DNA of 56,020 bases from Promethearchaeota archaeon (GTDB lineage Archaea > Asgardarchaeota > Lokiarchaeia > Sigyniarchaeales > SOKP01): the NCBI GenBank assembly GCA_048940925.1, contig JBHLOC010000033.1:1-56020 (forward strand), read 5' to 3'. Below the pieces are notes generated by a model. That model was not told where the DNA came from. It saw only the letters and a program-made list of their open reading frames with translations, and searched no databases. This document shows positions 20,103 through 29,959 of this stretch, piece by piece. The translations under genes were made by a program, and so were the position numbers. Position 1 is the stretch's first letter; every line of letters starts with the position of its first letter.

Positions 20103-21176
20103 GTGGGATTATTCAAGAAAAGGAGAGAAAAGCCGGTTAAGATATTTAAGATAAATGATTTGGTGGACTTAAGATTAATAAATAACAGGACTCATATCTA
20201 TATCAAGAATGAACCATTCATTATTTGTGCCCACTTATTAATAAATATTCCAATTGAGAATATTCACAATTATGATGATATTAAATCTATTGATGAAACT
20301 ATAGAATCATTTAAATCAACAGAGAAAATCCAATATATGATATCTCCGGAAGAAGAATTCACGGGACATTGTTCAAACATTCAGGCATTTTTCGAGAACG
20401 GATTAAATACAGATATTTTGCATACAAATATTGCATTTCCGTTATTAAGAAAATTAGTAGAATTGAAATTCGAACCAGCCCAAAGAATCTTCAAGGAAGA
20501 AATAGTAATAAGATTTAATGAGGGCACTAAAAGTTCAAGATTTTTCTTAAGTACAGAAGGATATCTCAATTATCTCAATGAAGAAGAAAAGCAGGCATTG
20601 AGAGGTTATAAGACTTCTTGGTTTCAAAAAAAGGGCACTCCTGATTTTATGTTTAAAATAGTTATTGTAGGTGATGATAATGAGGGAAGATCAACATTAG
20701 TACTAGACTATTTAAACTCACGGAATTACAACCCTTTTTCCCCTATTGGAGTAAATTTTGCCACAAAAGACATAGTAATAAATAACATTGCTGTTAGATT
20801 ACAGATTTGGTTTCTTTCTAATCTTAAATTATATGAAAAGCTTTTTGAATTTTTTTTATCTGGAACTTTAGGAGCAATAATAATTTATGATATGACTAAC
20901 ATTAATTCTATGAATAGTGTCCCTAAATGGATCCAAATCATTAGAACAAATAAATGGATTCAATCCAGAGGATATATTCCGATAATCTTGGTAGGGAATA
21001 AATCTGATTTGGAAGAAAACCGTGTTGTATCAAAAGAAGAGGCAATAAAACTTAAAAATATGCAGAACATAACAGAATATATGGAAATTTCTTTGAAAAC
21101 AGGGGAAAATGTTGCTGAGATGTTTAATGAGATTACAAAATTGATATATCCGCATCAAAGGTCTGAGTCCCTATAA
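20103..21176 (+). CDS. GHCSN domain fused N-terminally to a degenerate Rab-like GTPase
   Basis: SIDE...EFTGHCSNIQAF...FPLL, then FKIVIVGDDNEGRS, IGVNF, LQIWFL, GNKSD, EISLKTG. Start re-called to GTG 20103 (MGLFKKRR); ORF track starts at 20022. Confidence 0.8.
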   Translation: MGLFKKRREKPVKIFKINDLVDLRLINNRTHIYIKNEPFIICAHLLINIPIENIHNYDDIKSIDETIESFKSTEKIQYMISPEEEFTGHCSNIQAFFENGLNTDILHTNIAFPLLRKLVELKFEPAQRIFKEEIVIRFNEGTKSSRFFLSTEGYLNYLNEEEKQALRGYKTSWFQKKGTPDFMFKIVIVGDDNEGRSTLVLDYLNSRNYNPFSPIGVNFATKDIVINNIAVRLQIWFLSNLKLYEKLFEFFLSGTLGAIIIYDMTNINSMNSVPKWIQIIRTNKWIQSRGYIPIILVGNKSDLEENRVVSKEEAIKLKNMQNITEYMEISLKTGENVAEMFNEITKLIYPHQRSESL

Positions 21177-21343
21177 AAATAATGATTTTTTTGCCCTTCT
21201 CCAATTAAAAATTTAATCACTAAAACTGTCGATATTAAACTTTTTAATTAGTAAGCTTCTTTTTTTTTAATTCAAAAATGTTTATAATTGATGTTGTCTA
21301 AAAATATGGTGAATCTTTAAATTATAAAAAAGGAGGGAAAAAA

Positions 21344-21931
21344 ATGGTAAGCAAACAAATATTGATGTTAGTTGGTGATTTTGTTGAAGATTATGAAGCC
21401 ATGGTACCTTTTCAAATTTTAACTATGGTTGGTCATACTGTTCATACTGTCTGTCCTGATAAAAAGGCTGGTGATACAGTTAAAACAGCAGTCCATGATT
21501 TTATTGGAGATCAAACCTATGCAGAATTTAAAGGACATAATTTCGCAATAAATGCTAACTTCGATGAAATTAAACCAGATGATTACGATGCGCTTGTTAT
21601 ACCGGGCGGAAGAGCTCCAGAATATCTTCGTTTGAATAATCGAGTACTTGAAATTACAAAGCATTTTGTTGATTCCAACAAACCTATTGCTGCTATTTGT
21701 CATGGACCCCAAATTTTGGCTGCAGCTGGTGTATTGAAGGATAAGACGTGTATCCCATATCCAGCTGTGGGACCAGAATGTGTTATTGCGGGAGCTAAAC
21801 TTGGCACTCCAAATGAAACTTTTTCCAATGCGATTACTGATGGGAATATTGTAACAGCACCAGCTTGGCCTGCTCATCCTGAATGGATGAAACAATTTCT
21901 AACATTGCTTGGATCAAAAATCGAGCCATAA
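21344..21931 (+). CDS. pfpI: DJ-1/PfpI family protease/deglycase
   Basis: GDFVEDYE, IPGGRAPEYLR, AICHGPQ; GGAGG RBS upstream. Confidence 0.9.
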   Translation: MVSKQILMLVGDFVEDYEAMVPFQILTMVGHTVHTVCPDKKAGDTVKTAVHDFIGDQTYAEFKGHNFAINANFDEIKPDDYDALVIPGGRAPEYLRLNNRVLEITKHFVDSNKPIAAICHGPQILAAAGVLKDKTCIPYPAVGPECVIAGAKLGTPNETFSNAITDGNIVTAPAWPAHPEWMKQFLTLLGSKIEP

Positions 21932-21960
21932 ATAAATCTAATCAAAAATGGTTTATACGG

Positions 21961-22332
21961 TTAATCTTGTAAGTCGAATACAACTATTATCACGATGATT
22001 GCTACTAGTCCTACTAAAAGTCCAATGAGGACATCGGGAAAGAAATATCGTAAAAAAAATGTTCCGAATCCTAAATTTAGGTTTCTAATTTCTACTATAT
22101 ACCAGTAGTGAATGCTCATGACTAAGACTGTTCCAAGTAAAGTGAATATAATTAACATGATTCCTCTAATTATCCAAAATCCTTTCTGCTTCATTCTTGA
22201 TTTAATTTTTTTCATAGTTTGCATTTGAATCTGATATTCTCGTTCACGTCTTAAACATTTTGAACACATTTTGTTGTAATTCTGAAATTGAAGCTCGGAA
22301 ATCTCCTTCCCACATTTTTGACAAAATGGCAT
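21961..22332 (-). CDS. Zinc-finger (CxxC...CxxC) two-TM membrane protein
   Basis: CQKC...CSKC followed by two hydrophobic helices. Confidence 0.65.
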   Translation of the reverse strand: MPFCQKCGKEISELQFQNYNKMCSKCLRREREYQIQMQTMKKIKSRMKQKGFWIIRGIMLIIFTLLGTVLVMSIHYWYIVEIRNLNLGFGTFFLRYFFPDVLIGLLVGLVAIIVIIVVFDLQD

Positions 22333-22518
22333 GAATAAATATTATCTCAAATTATATTTAAAAGTTCTATAAAGGCGGTGATTTTTCGAATAAATTAATT
22401 CTTAAAACAAATAGCTATAAACCCGATAAAGATAAAGTTAATTTTTGACAGTATCCTTCTGTTAGTCGGGAGTCATAATGAGTGATTAAAAAAGTTCGAT
22501 TCCCAACACTTTCTACTA

Positions 22519-24243
22519 CTAAAGTACCTCTTTCTGTCTAATAGATGTGTTTAAACCTTCATGTAAAAGGATTAAGCTTAACATTATAAGAAATATAAAA
22601 AAGCTTGGCCAAATGTTTACCCTAAATATCTCGAATTCTGCTCTACCATAAGAAAGGCTTGTCCCTAACTGAGCTGTTCTTTCATCAGCAAGCCCTATAA
22701 ACCCAAGAGATTGATATAACAAGATTGCAAAAGCCATTTCTAAAGGAATATATTTAATTATTCGCTTAGCCATATCAAGATAGTCAGTTCTATATCTTAT
22801 CGCATTAGCTATTATTTGAATGAAAATAATTACTAAAAAAATACCAATCCCAAACACTAATACTGCAACATTCCTATCAAAGACAGGACTGATTATTATA
22901 AAGAACCAAAATGCAGGGATTATAAAGAAGACAATCATAAAACCAATAATAATATTATATATATTTCCATGGAACTTACTTGCAAGAACTCCAAAAAAAG
23001 ATCCTCCGATCAATCCTATAAGGAGTACTAAACTTCCAAAAATAAAAGCATCTCGCGTTCCCCAAATTAATCTTGCAAGTAAGTCATATCCATATTTCGT
23101 AGTTCCTAAGGGATGCGCTTCCGAGGGGGAAGAAAATGGGGCTTCATCAGGAAAATATGGCTTGACTAACTCTTGTAATTTATAAGGAGTAAATAGTTGG
23201 GGGAATAGGGAGATAATAATAAAGAAAACTATTAATCCTAGTCCGACTATAGTATACGGATTTTTAACTATTGCCAATCCATAATTTTTTAATTCAATTC
23301 TAAGATTAACATCTCTTTTGGGTACCATTTCAGTTGGTTGATCGGGACGTGTTGATTGAAAATCATCTCTAATATGAAATAATTCAAATAATTTAGGTGC
23401 TTTTTCTCTAAGGAACTTATATCCAATGGGTACTAAGTTAGATAAAAATATAGTAAAAGTAAATAAAATGACAATTATAAAAATACTCGAATTGTTAACA
23501 AAAAGGTCTCCAAAATATATAGACATGATAAAGTTATACCCAAAACCAGGTAATTGAAATATGATTTCTAACAAAATAATCATGGCAAAAATGTATCCAA
23601 ACAGCTTCGCAGCAATGAATGAATTTGAGACAAATGCAACATTAGGATCTTTATTTTCTAAACTTATACAGGTTTGTTTTATTATAATAGCAATGAATAC
23701 AAAACTTAATGAAATTATAGCTAGTATATAATTTGAAATAGGCAAAGTGTCTTGAAATATATACTGCATTAGGTTACCAATAAAAAATATTGGGGTTGCT
23801 AGTGCTATTGTTGTAAATATTTGTATTATTTTTCCTTGGATTCTATCTGTTTTTCTAGCCCAAATCTTTCCTAGCTTAATCCCACCTACTCCTATTATTA
23901 TAGGGAATATAGCAATTACAATAGTATGAGAGAATGCATCACTTAGTAAGTCAATAGTTTTCATACCAGGGGCTACTACATATGAATTTCCCCAATCCCC
24001 TTTAAAGAAGTTAAGGAGATAATTAATAAACTGGATATATATAGGATCGTTAAATTTATAGTGTAATACTATTTCCTCATATATTATTCTATCTACACCA
24101 CCTTCTATTTTGTTCAAATATTGATTATCTATTCCTACATAAAAAAGAGTAAAGCTAATTATTAACCCGATAAACAAGACACATATCCCATAAATCAAAG
24201 AAAATGAAAAAGTTATTAATATTTTTTTTTGAGTTTCTTTCAA
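22519..24243 (-). CDS. DppB-DppC (Opp/Dpp permease) fusion lacking EAA coupling loops
   Basis: DP...QF..YL.....GDWG.S (DppB); HPLGT...G.D...RL.WG (DppC); no EAA-loop segment in either half. Confidence 0.75.
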   Translation of the reverse strand: MKETQKKILITFSFSLIYGICVLFIGLIISFTLFYVGIDNQYLNKIEGGVDRIIYEEIVLHYKFNDPIYIQFINYLLNFFKGDWGNSYVVAPGMKTIDLLSDAFSHTIVIAIFPIIIGVGGIKLGKIWARKTDRIQGKIIQIFTTIALATPIFFIGNLMQYIFQDTLPISNYILAIISLSFVFIAIIIKQTCISLENKDPNVAFVSNSFIAAKLFGYIFAMIILLEIIFQLPGFGYNFIMSIYFGDLFVNNSSIFIIVILFTFTIFLSNLVPIGYKFLREKAPKLFELFHIRDDFQSTRPDQPTEMVPKRDVNLRIELKNYGLAIVKNPYTIVGLGLIVFFIIISLFPQLFTPYKLQELVKPYFPDEAPFSSPSEAHPLGTTKYGYDLLARLIWGTRDAFIFGSLVLLIGLIGGSFFGVLASKFHGNIYNIIIGFMIVFFIIPAFWFFIIISPVFDRNVAVLVFGIGIFLVIIFIQIIANAIRYRTDYLDMAKRIIKYIPLEMAFAILLYQSLGFIGLADERTAQLGTSLSYGRAEFEIFRVNIWPSFFIFLIMLSLILLHEGLNTSIRQKEVL

Positions 24244-24416
24244 TTATTGATCGCCCACAAGAGTAATATTAGCTCAATTAAAGATTAATTTGAGAAAATA
24301 TAAAAATTTTACAGAATAACAAATTCTTTACCTACAAACTTGAATCTGACTTCTTCATTAAGCTTTAATATGATATGAATATCTGAATTTTTGTTTTATA
24401 CAGCTTTATAGAATTT

Positions 24417-24835
24417 TTATTTGTTCGTTTCTAATTTTATTTCTTTTCTGAGATCATCTAATTGTTTCTCTTTAAGTTTTATCGTATTTTCTATAATTTT
24501 CATTTGATTAATTTTTGATTTTATTTCCTTATCTTTCGATTTGAGGGATTTCTTTAAATTTTTTATTTGTTCATCTTTCTTTTCGATAGTCTTCCCTAAT
24601 TGTAGAATTTCTTTGTCTTTGGATTTTACTAGATCTTGTAAATTTTCGATTTGGTAATCTTTGTATACTATTGAATCTCTTACTAATGCGAATTCCAAAT
24701 TTTTGGTTTCTTTATAGATTATTACTTGCTCATTATATTCTAATTCACTAATTAATCCTTCTTCATAAAGTGTTTTTATAATCCTGAACTCATAAAAAGT
24801 ATCTGAAAAATCTTTTTCTGTTTCTCTTATAAAAA
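24417..24835 (-). pseudogene. 3' half of a paralogue of the 25446-26192 degenerate GTPase/coiled-coil gene
   Basis: FIRETEKDFSDTFYEFRIIKTLYEEG...DSIVYKDYQIENLQDLVKSK is nearly identical to the intact copy; the 5' part is missing. Confidence 0.8.
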
Positions 24836-24995
24836 TACTTAATTAGCATCATAGTGTTCAGTTATTAATAGAATCAAAATAATATTATTGAAATTCTCTA
24901 TTTTAAATTTATAAGACGAAAAAATTATTAAGGTAAAGGATAAAAATTTATACTTAATTAGCATCATAGTATTCAGTTATTAATAGAATTAAAAT
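24835..24995 (+). repeat. 46-bp direct repeat (24835-24880 and 24950-24995; 2 mismatches)
   Basis: ATACTTAATTAGCATCATAGT(G/A)TTCAGTTATTAATAGAAT(C/T)AAAAT; the first copy sits at the truncation point of the pseudogene. Confidence 0.9.
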
Positions 24996-24996
24996 T

Positions 24997-25359
24997 ATGA
25001 AGCGAAAAACTATACAGAATTTTATTTTGAAAAGTAAATACTATTTAGTTTTATTCTTCATTGGAATCATCATTCTCTTTAGCTTTATTATCCGGCATAA
25101 CCTTGGTGGTTTGCAGGAACAGCTTGAAATTATTCAGGAGAATCATAAATATGCCTCTATATATGGATCTTGGGAAGTCCAAACCGGTTCCGAAGAACAA
25201 ATTATTAAGGGAACAGATAAATATTATGAAGCCGTCTCTAAATACCTCGCATTAACCATTTCTACGGTATTTTCAATAATCCTAATTGTTATTTCAGTTT
25301 TGATAATTTTGTATCTAACTGTCTTCTTGATTTATAGTAAAAAATCATCTAAGCATTAA
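24997..25359 (+). CDS. Hypothetical two-TM membrane protein
   Basis: Two hydrophobic helices flanking a short loop. Confidence 0.6.
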   Translation: MKRKTIQNFILKSKYYLVLFFIGIIILFSFIIRHNLGGLQEQLEIIQENHKYASIYGSWEVQTGSEEQIIKGTDKYYEAVSKYLALTISTVFSIILIVISVLIILYLTVFLIYSKKSSKH

Positions 25360-25445
25360 ATTTTGAGAAATTGTTTAATCAAACAGGATTTGTGTACTGC
25401 TGTATCCCCCGTTAATAATACTTTAACTTTTATTGTATAATATAT

Positions 25446-26192
25446 TTAATTACTCTCTCTTAATTTTAATTCTTTTCTGAGATTATCTAATTGCTTCTCT
25501 TTTAGACTTATTGTATTTTCCATGATTTTAATTTGATTAATTTTTGATCTTATTTCCTTATCCTTCGATTTAAGAGATTCCTCTAAAATATTTATTTCTT
25601 CATCTTTCTTTTCAATAGTTTTCCCTAATTGTAGAATTTCTTTATCTTTGGATTTTACTAGATCTTGTAAATTTTCAATTTGGTAGTCTTTGTATACTAT
25701 TGAATCTCTTGCTAAGCTGAATTCCAAATTTTTAGTTTCCTTATAGATTATTTCTTGCTCTTTATATTCCAATTCACTCATTAATCCTTCTTCATAAAGT
25801 GCTTTTATAATCGTGAACTCATAAAAAGTATCTGAAAAATCTTTTTCTGTTTCTAATATAAAAACTCGATCTAGGCTTATTTTAGCTGATTTTACAGAAT
25901 TGATAAATTCTATGTTATTGCACGAATTCAGTTTTCTGATAAAAATTATGATATTCGCATTGCTATAATAACTTGGCTTGAGGCTTTTAAAGTCTTTATT
26001 TTGACTCAGAACCCACGCTTGAACTTTTATATTATGATTAAATAGCTTAAATTTTTTAAGATAAAACTCAGCACCAGTTGTTTTTGAACGAGAATCCAAA
26101 AAAATTGAATCTCCAATAATATTTGAAATGATTAGTCCATCAATAACAACCTTGAAAAGAAATTCAGATTGATTTGCCTCAATGACATTCAT
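25446..26192 (-). CDS. Highly degenerate Rab-like domain (P-loop lost) with C-terminal coiled coil
   Basis: FLFKVVIDG, TTGAEF, KVQAW, F..L.PSYY.NA.IIIF; heptad K/E-rich tail. Confidence 0.65.
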   Translation of the reverse strand: MNVIEANQSEFLFKVVIDGLIISNIIGDSIFLDSRSKTTGAEFYLKKFKLFNHNIKVQAWVLSQNKDFKSLKPSYYSNANIIIFIRKLNSCNNIEFINSVKSAKISLDRVFILETEKDFSDTFYEFTIIKALYEEGLMSELEYKEQEIIYKETKNLEFSLARDSIVYKDYQIENLQDLVKSKDKEILQLGKTIEKKDEEINILEESLKSKDKEIRSKINQIKIMENTISLKEKQLDNLRKELKLRESN

Positions 26193-26228
26193 AATAAAAA
26201 AATAAATAAAAATAATATATAAGAGTAT

Positions 26229-26242
26229 TTACATTATTGTCT
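26229..26242 (-). promoter_or_regulatory. TGACA-N4-TGTNA box upstream of TATA
   Basis: Minus strand AGACAATAATGTAA-ATACTC-TTATATA; a copy at 27488-27501 reads TGACAATAATGTAA. Confidence 0.5.
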
Positions 26243-26311
26243 TTAGTGAATTTTAAGTGATATTGATAACTTCAGTCCTGAAAAAATTTCTCGAAAATGA
26301 GTGGTTTAAAA

Positions 26312-26980
26312 TTATAAAACTGATTTCATATTATAAGTAACTATCCAAAAATAAGTTAAAAACTCAATTTTTAGATTTTTAACCCTTTTCCCAAGAATTT
26401 CCTCAAATGTTTGTTTTGTTGGATAATTCTTTAATATTTCATACTCCCTTCCATCTTGTAGTTTTCTTATCTGATATGTATTCCCCTCGTTATCAATGCG
26501 ACTTATTGGAGTACTGCTTCCCTCTATATGACAATTGTCTATAAAGATAACAAGAGCACCTGGTTGAAGCCGTGAATGAAAGACGTTGATGAAGTTGTTC
26601 AATTTAGATAATAATATATGAGACCACCACGAAAACGCAAATCCGGCTGTGAAATTATCTCGAATTTTTTTCAAAGAATAGGAATCATCTTGGATAAAAG
26701 TTACTTTTTTCAATTTATTTAGCTTATTTTTTGCAATTTTAAGAACTTCATTATTTATATCAGTAGCAGTAATAGATTTAGCAACGGAGCTAATAATTTT
26801 AGTCCAATACCCTGTTCCACATGCTACTTCAAGCACATGATGTTCATTGAGTAAATTCTTGAGCAGAGTGCGAATTGTTTTTAAGTCAGTTTGTCGTTCA
26901 GGTCTTTCATAGGTCAAATCATATTCCTTTGCTCGATCGGCATAGTATTGTTGAATGTCCTTCTCAATATCTCTATACAT
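26312..26980 (-). CDS. Class I SAM-dependent methyltransferase
   Basis: VLEVACGTGYWT, ATDIN, FSWWSHI, LQPGA motifs. Confidence 0.9.
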   Translation of the reverse strand: MYRDIEKDIQQYYADRAKEYDLTYERPERQTDLKTIRTLLKNLLNEHHVLEVACGTGYWTKIISSVAKSITATDINNEVLKIAKNKLNKLKKVTFIQDDSYSLKKIRDNFTAGFAFSWWSHILLSKLNNFINVFHSRLQPGALVIFIDNCHIEGSSTPISRIDNEGNTYQIRKLQDGREYEILKNYPTKQTFEEILGKRVKNLKIEFLTYFWIVTYNMKSVL

Positions 26981-27303
26981 TCAGTCTCTCCAAAACAATA
27001 CGATCAAAAATCGTTTACCGTTAATATACAAAATTTTTTTACTATTTAAATTCTACTTTTTTGCCAAAAATGACTGTAGTAAAGTAATATAATAGAACTT
27101 TACAAAAAGATAAGTGGTTTTTGAAAAATGTTAATAATTTAGTTAAAAAACTAATTCTTATATAACATGAGTAAAAATCCAATTAAAAAAGAAAAAAATG
27201 ATCAAGTTGCTTATTTTGGGATTATTAGAAGGTGAAAGTTATTGCAGAGTGCATTATTGTTCCCCTAGTTGAGGTTTTATTATCTTATTCAAGACTAATC
27301 GCT

Positions 27304-27520
27304 TTAATTTTTTTAAGCTAAAACTCAGCACCAGTTACTTTCCGAATGATAATCCAAAAAAAATTGAATCTCCTCCTATATTAGATTTGAATATTCCATC
27401 AATAACAACTTTGAAAAGGAATTCAGATTGATTTGCTTCTATGATATTTACTATAAGAAAATAAATAAAAATATTATATCAGAGTATTTACATTATTGTC
27501 ATTAATAAAGTTTTAAGTAA
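27304..27520 (-). pseudogene. Promoter plus decayed 5' stub of the 25446-26192 GTPase paralogue
   Basis: NIIEANQSEFLFKVVIDG...GDSIF matches the intact gene but has frameshifts and stops; the upstream ~70 bp matches 26193-26260. Confidence 0.8.
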
Positions 27521-27570
27521 ATCTTAAGAAGATTTTTTGGATTTATAGATAAAATTAAAAAAAAAATTGA

Positions 27571-29682
27571 TTAGATACTTAATAAGTCTAACGTAGCATA
27601 TAGAGCAGGATGGTCGGATTCAAGTCCACCAGTATAATGGATATATGTCACGGACTCATTTAATTGTGAAGAAATAAATATGTGGTCTATACTTTCATCG
27701 GGAATTGTACGATCACCAGGGAGATTAGGATCTACAACTGCATTAGCGGGATCAGAATTGAATACTAATTCCCAAGAATCATATAATTGAGCCACTGTTA
27801 TGTTATATTGTTCTGTATTAGGCTCAAAATTAAAATCTCCCATTAAAATAACATTCTCTTTTCCCGCAGTTACAGTTAAAATGTTCTCTTGTTGGACAAT
27901 CTGAGTTCTATCACCCAAAGTTGTATTTCTATAATTTCCAAGGTGAGTTACGAATATATTAAATATTTTCCCCTCTACAGTAATCTGTGCCCAAATCGTT
28001 GCAGTTTGTTCTTCTACGCATTCCATGTAAAATGTACGGGCTTTCATAATAGGATATTTTGATAAGAAAGCTATTCCATAAGTACCAGTCACGGTTTTAG
28101 GCCCATAATATGAATAATATCCCAATGTTGAACTAATGTACCGCACAAAATCATTATTTCCATTAGAAATCCGAGCTAAATCTGACTCCTGCAAACCAAT
28201 AATATCTGGGTTTAACTTCTCAATTACTGCACGCTGGCCCTCAAAATTCATAATTCCAACATCATCAGCACCTTGATGGACGTTGTATGTTAAAATTGAA
28301 AGCGTATTATTCTCAGCAGGAGGTCGTATATTTGGGAATTCAAGGAGGATACACCCCACAATTGTTCCTATGGAAATTAATATAATTGCACTAATAGTTT
28401 TAAAAATTTTCATCATGTTATCCCTAGATCTCTTAGAAAAAGTCATAGATTCTTTTTTAACTAATAAAAGAGGCCACACACAAAATACGCCAATAATCAA
28501 GTAAACAACCCAAATCATATCCTTAAATAGTGATCCAATTACTGGAATATAAGGCCATGTAGTAGTAAAGACTGCTGATAATATCATAAGAATGAGAAAA
28601 AAGCCCGATGCAAAAAAACCTACTCCCAGTTTACGTGTTGAAGGTTTGCTTTTTAATAATTCTCTTAGTAAAATTACAAAATCAATAAATGTAATTGGCG
28701 AAAGGAAAAGCATCAAATAAAGAATTATATGATGAAAGATTGTTGTTTCTGGTGCAAAATACGGATATTTTGTTATAAATGCAAATGGAATTTGATTGAT
28801 TCCTATAGTAAGCACAAGCATTAGTACGAATAATATATTCCATAGTAAAATACCCTTTGGAGGTATTTTATTGATTAAATCTGGTTTTACAGCAGCAATA
28901 ATAATAAAACTTGTTATTATTAAGATGAAAATTGTGATGATTGCTATGTAATTCCCTTCTGTCCACCTTTCAATAACAACAGGACTACTAAACGCAAAAT
29001 AATATAGAATTAATATAGTGAATATGCCCAAACATAAAGCTAGCACTTTCCATTTACTCCCTATCTTTCCTATATCATTCACTTTTTCTGTCTCTGCTTC
29101 ATTTCTGGGAGGGTTTAACAAGTTTATCATCAATATCGTAGCAATAATAGCAAAGATCCATCCAATCCACTGAAACCAAAAAGTTAATGCTAAATCAACG
29201 GAATAGCCGAGTGTTCGAAATAAAATTGATAGCGCTAATCCAAACCCTAAACTGATGCCTAATGATAATCCACTTCTTTCACTACTTTCTAATGATTTTT
29301 TTTGAAGATATGCAGGAAAAAAGAGTAGGAAACTTCCCATCCCAATTCCAGTAATTATCATTTCTATTCGTGGCTCAAAAAAAGGTTGTAAAATCCTACA
29401 TACTATCGTAATTTCACCAAGTATAATCATCGATTTTTTAGAAAGACCTTTTTTGAAAAACAATAAAAATATTGGAGTCAATAGGAATAAAACTGCGGCT
29501 ACATTTTCATTTAGTCCCTCGACAATATAGTTTAAAAGATAAATAGCTTCGATAAATTGTGTTAACTGTTCGAAAAAGAAGAAAAACACTATGCTAAGAA
29601 GTATTATTTCAGAATAATATCTGCTTAAATATTTTTTATAGATTTCCATAATGTATAATTTACTCACATTATATTTAAACAT
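27571..29682 (-). CDS. Multi-TM protein with C-terminal EEP (endonuclease/exonuclease/phosphatase) domain, CWH43-like
   Basis: More than 10 TMs; TYNVHQG, PDIIGLQESD..R...GN.D, YGIAFLSKYPI, MGDFN, IDHIF, SDH. Confidence 0.8.
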   Translation of the reverse strand: MFKYNVSKLYIMEIYKKYLSRYYSEIILLSIVFFFFFEQLTQFIEAIYLLNYIVEGLNENVAAVLFLLTPIFLLFFKKGLSKKSMIILGEITIVCRILQPFFEPRIEMIITGIGMGSFLLFFPAYLQKKSLESSERSGLSLGISLGFGLALSILFRTLGYSVDLALTFWFQWIGWIFAIIATILMINLLNPPRNEAETEKVNDIGKIGSKWKVLALCLGIFTILILYYFAFSSPVVIERWTEGNYIAIITIFILIITSFIIIAAVKPDLINKIPPKGILLWNILFVLMLVLTIGINQIPFAFITKYPYFAPETTIFHHIILYLMLFLSPITFIDFVILLRELLKSKPSTRKLGVGFFASGFFLILMILSAVFTTTWPYIPVIGSLFKDMIWVVYLIIGVFCVWPLLLVKKESMTFSKRSRDNMMKIFKTISAIILISIGTIVGCILLEFPNIRPPAENNTLSILTYNVHQGADDVGIMNFEGQRAVIEKLNPDIIGLQESDLARISNGNNDFVRYISSTLGYYSYYGPKTVTGTYGIAFLSKYPIMKARTFYMECVEEQTATIWAQITVEGKIFNIFVTHLGNYRNTTLGDRTQIVQQENILTVTAGKENVILMGDFNFEPNTEQYNITVAQLYDSWELVFNSDPANAVVDPNLPGDRTIPDESIDHIFISSQLNESVTYIHYTGGLESDHPALYATLDLLSI

Positions 29683-29959
29683 TTAATGCTTTGATGACTA
29701 AAACAGCACTCTTATGCTATTTAAGATTGTATTTGCCTTTTTTTCACGTTTATCTAATGATTCCATGAAATGAATAACATCTTGGCATCATAGTCCGTTT
29801 TAGACTGGATTTCATTTATTTACAGCATACATATTATAATTCATAAAAGGAAGGAATGATTCATACAATAATTTCAAATCATATTTAAGCTAAAAATAAG
29901 TATTTACAAAAATCATGAAATTGAAGAAAATAGTTGAATGAATTTCAGTCTTCTGTTTC

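Noticed and set aside
24835-24995. CRISPR array
   Set aside because: Only two 46-bp copies with one 69-bp gap, no cas genes, and the repeat coincides with a duplication breakpoint.
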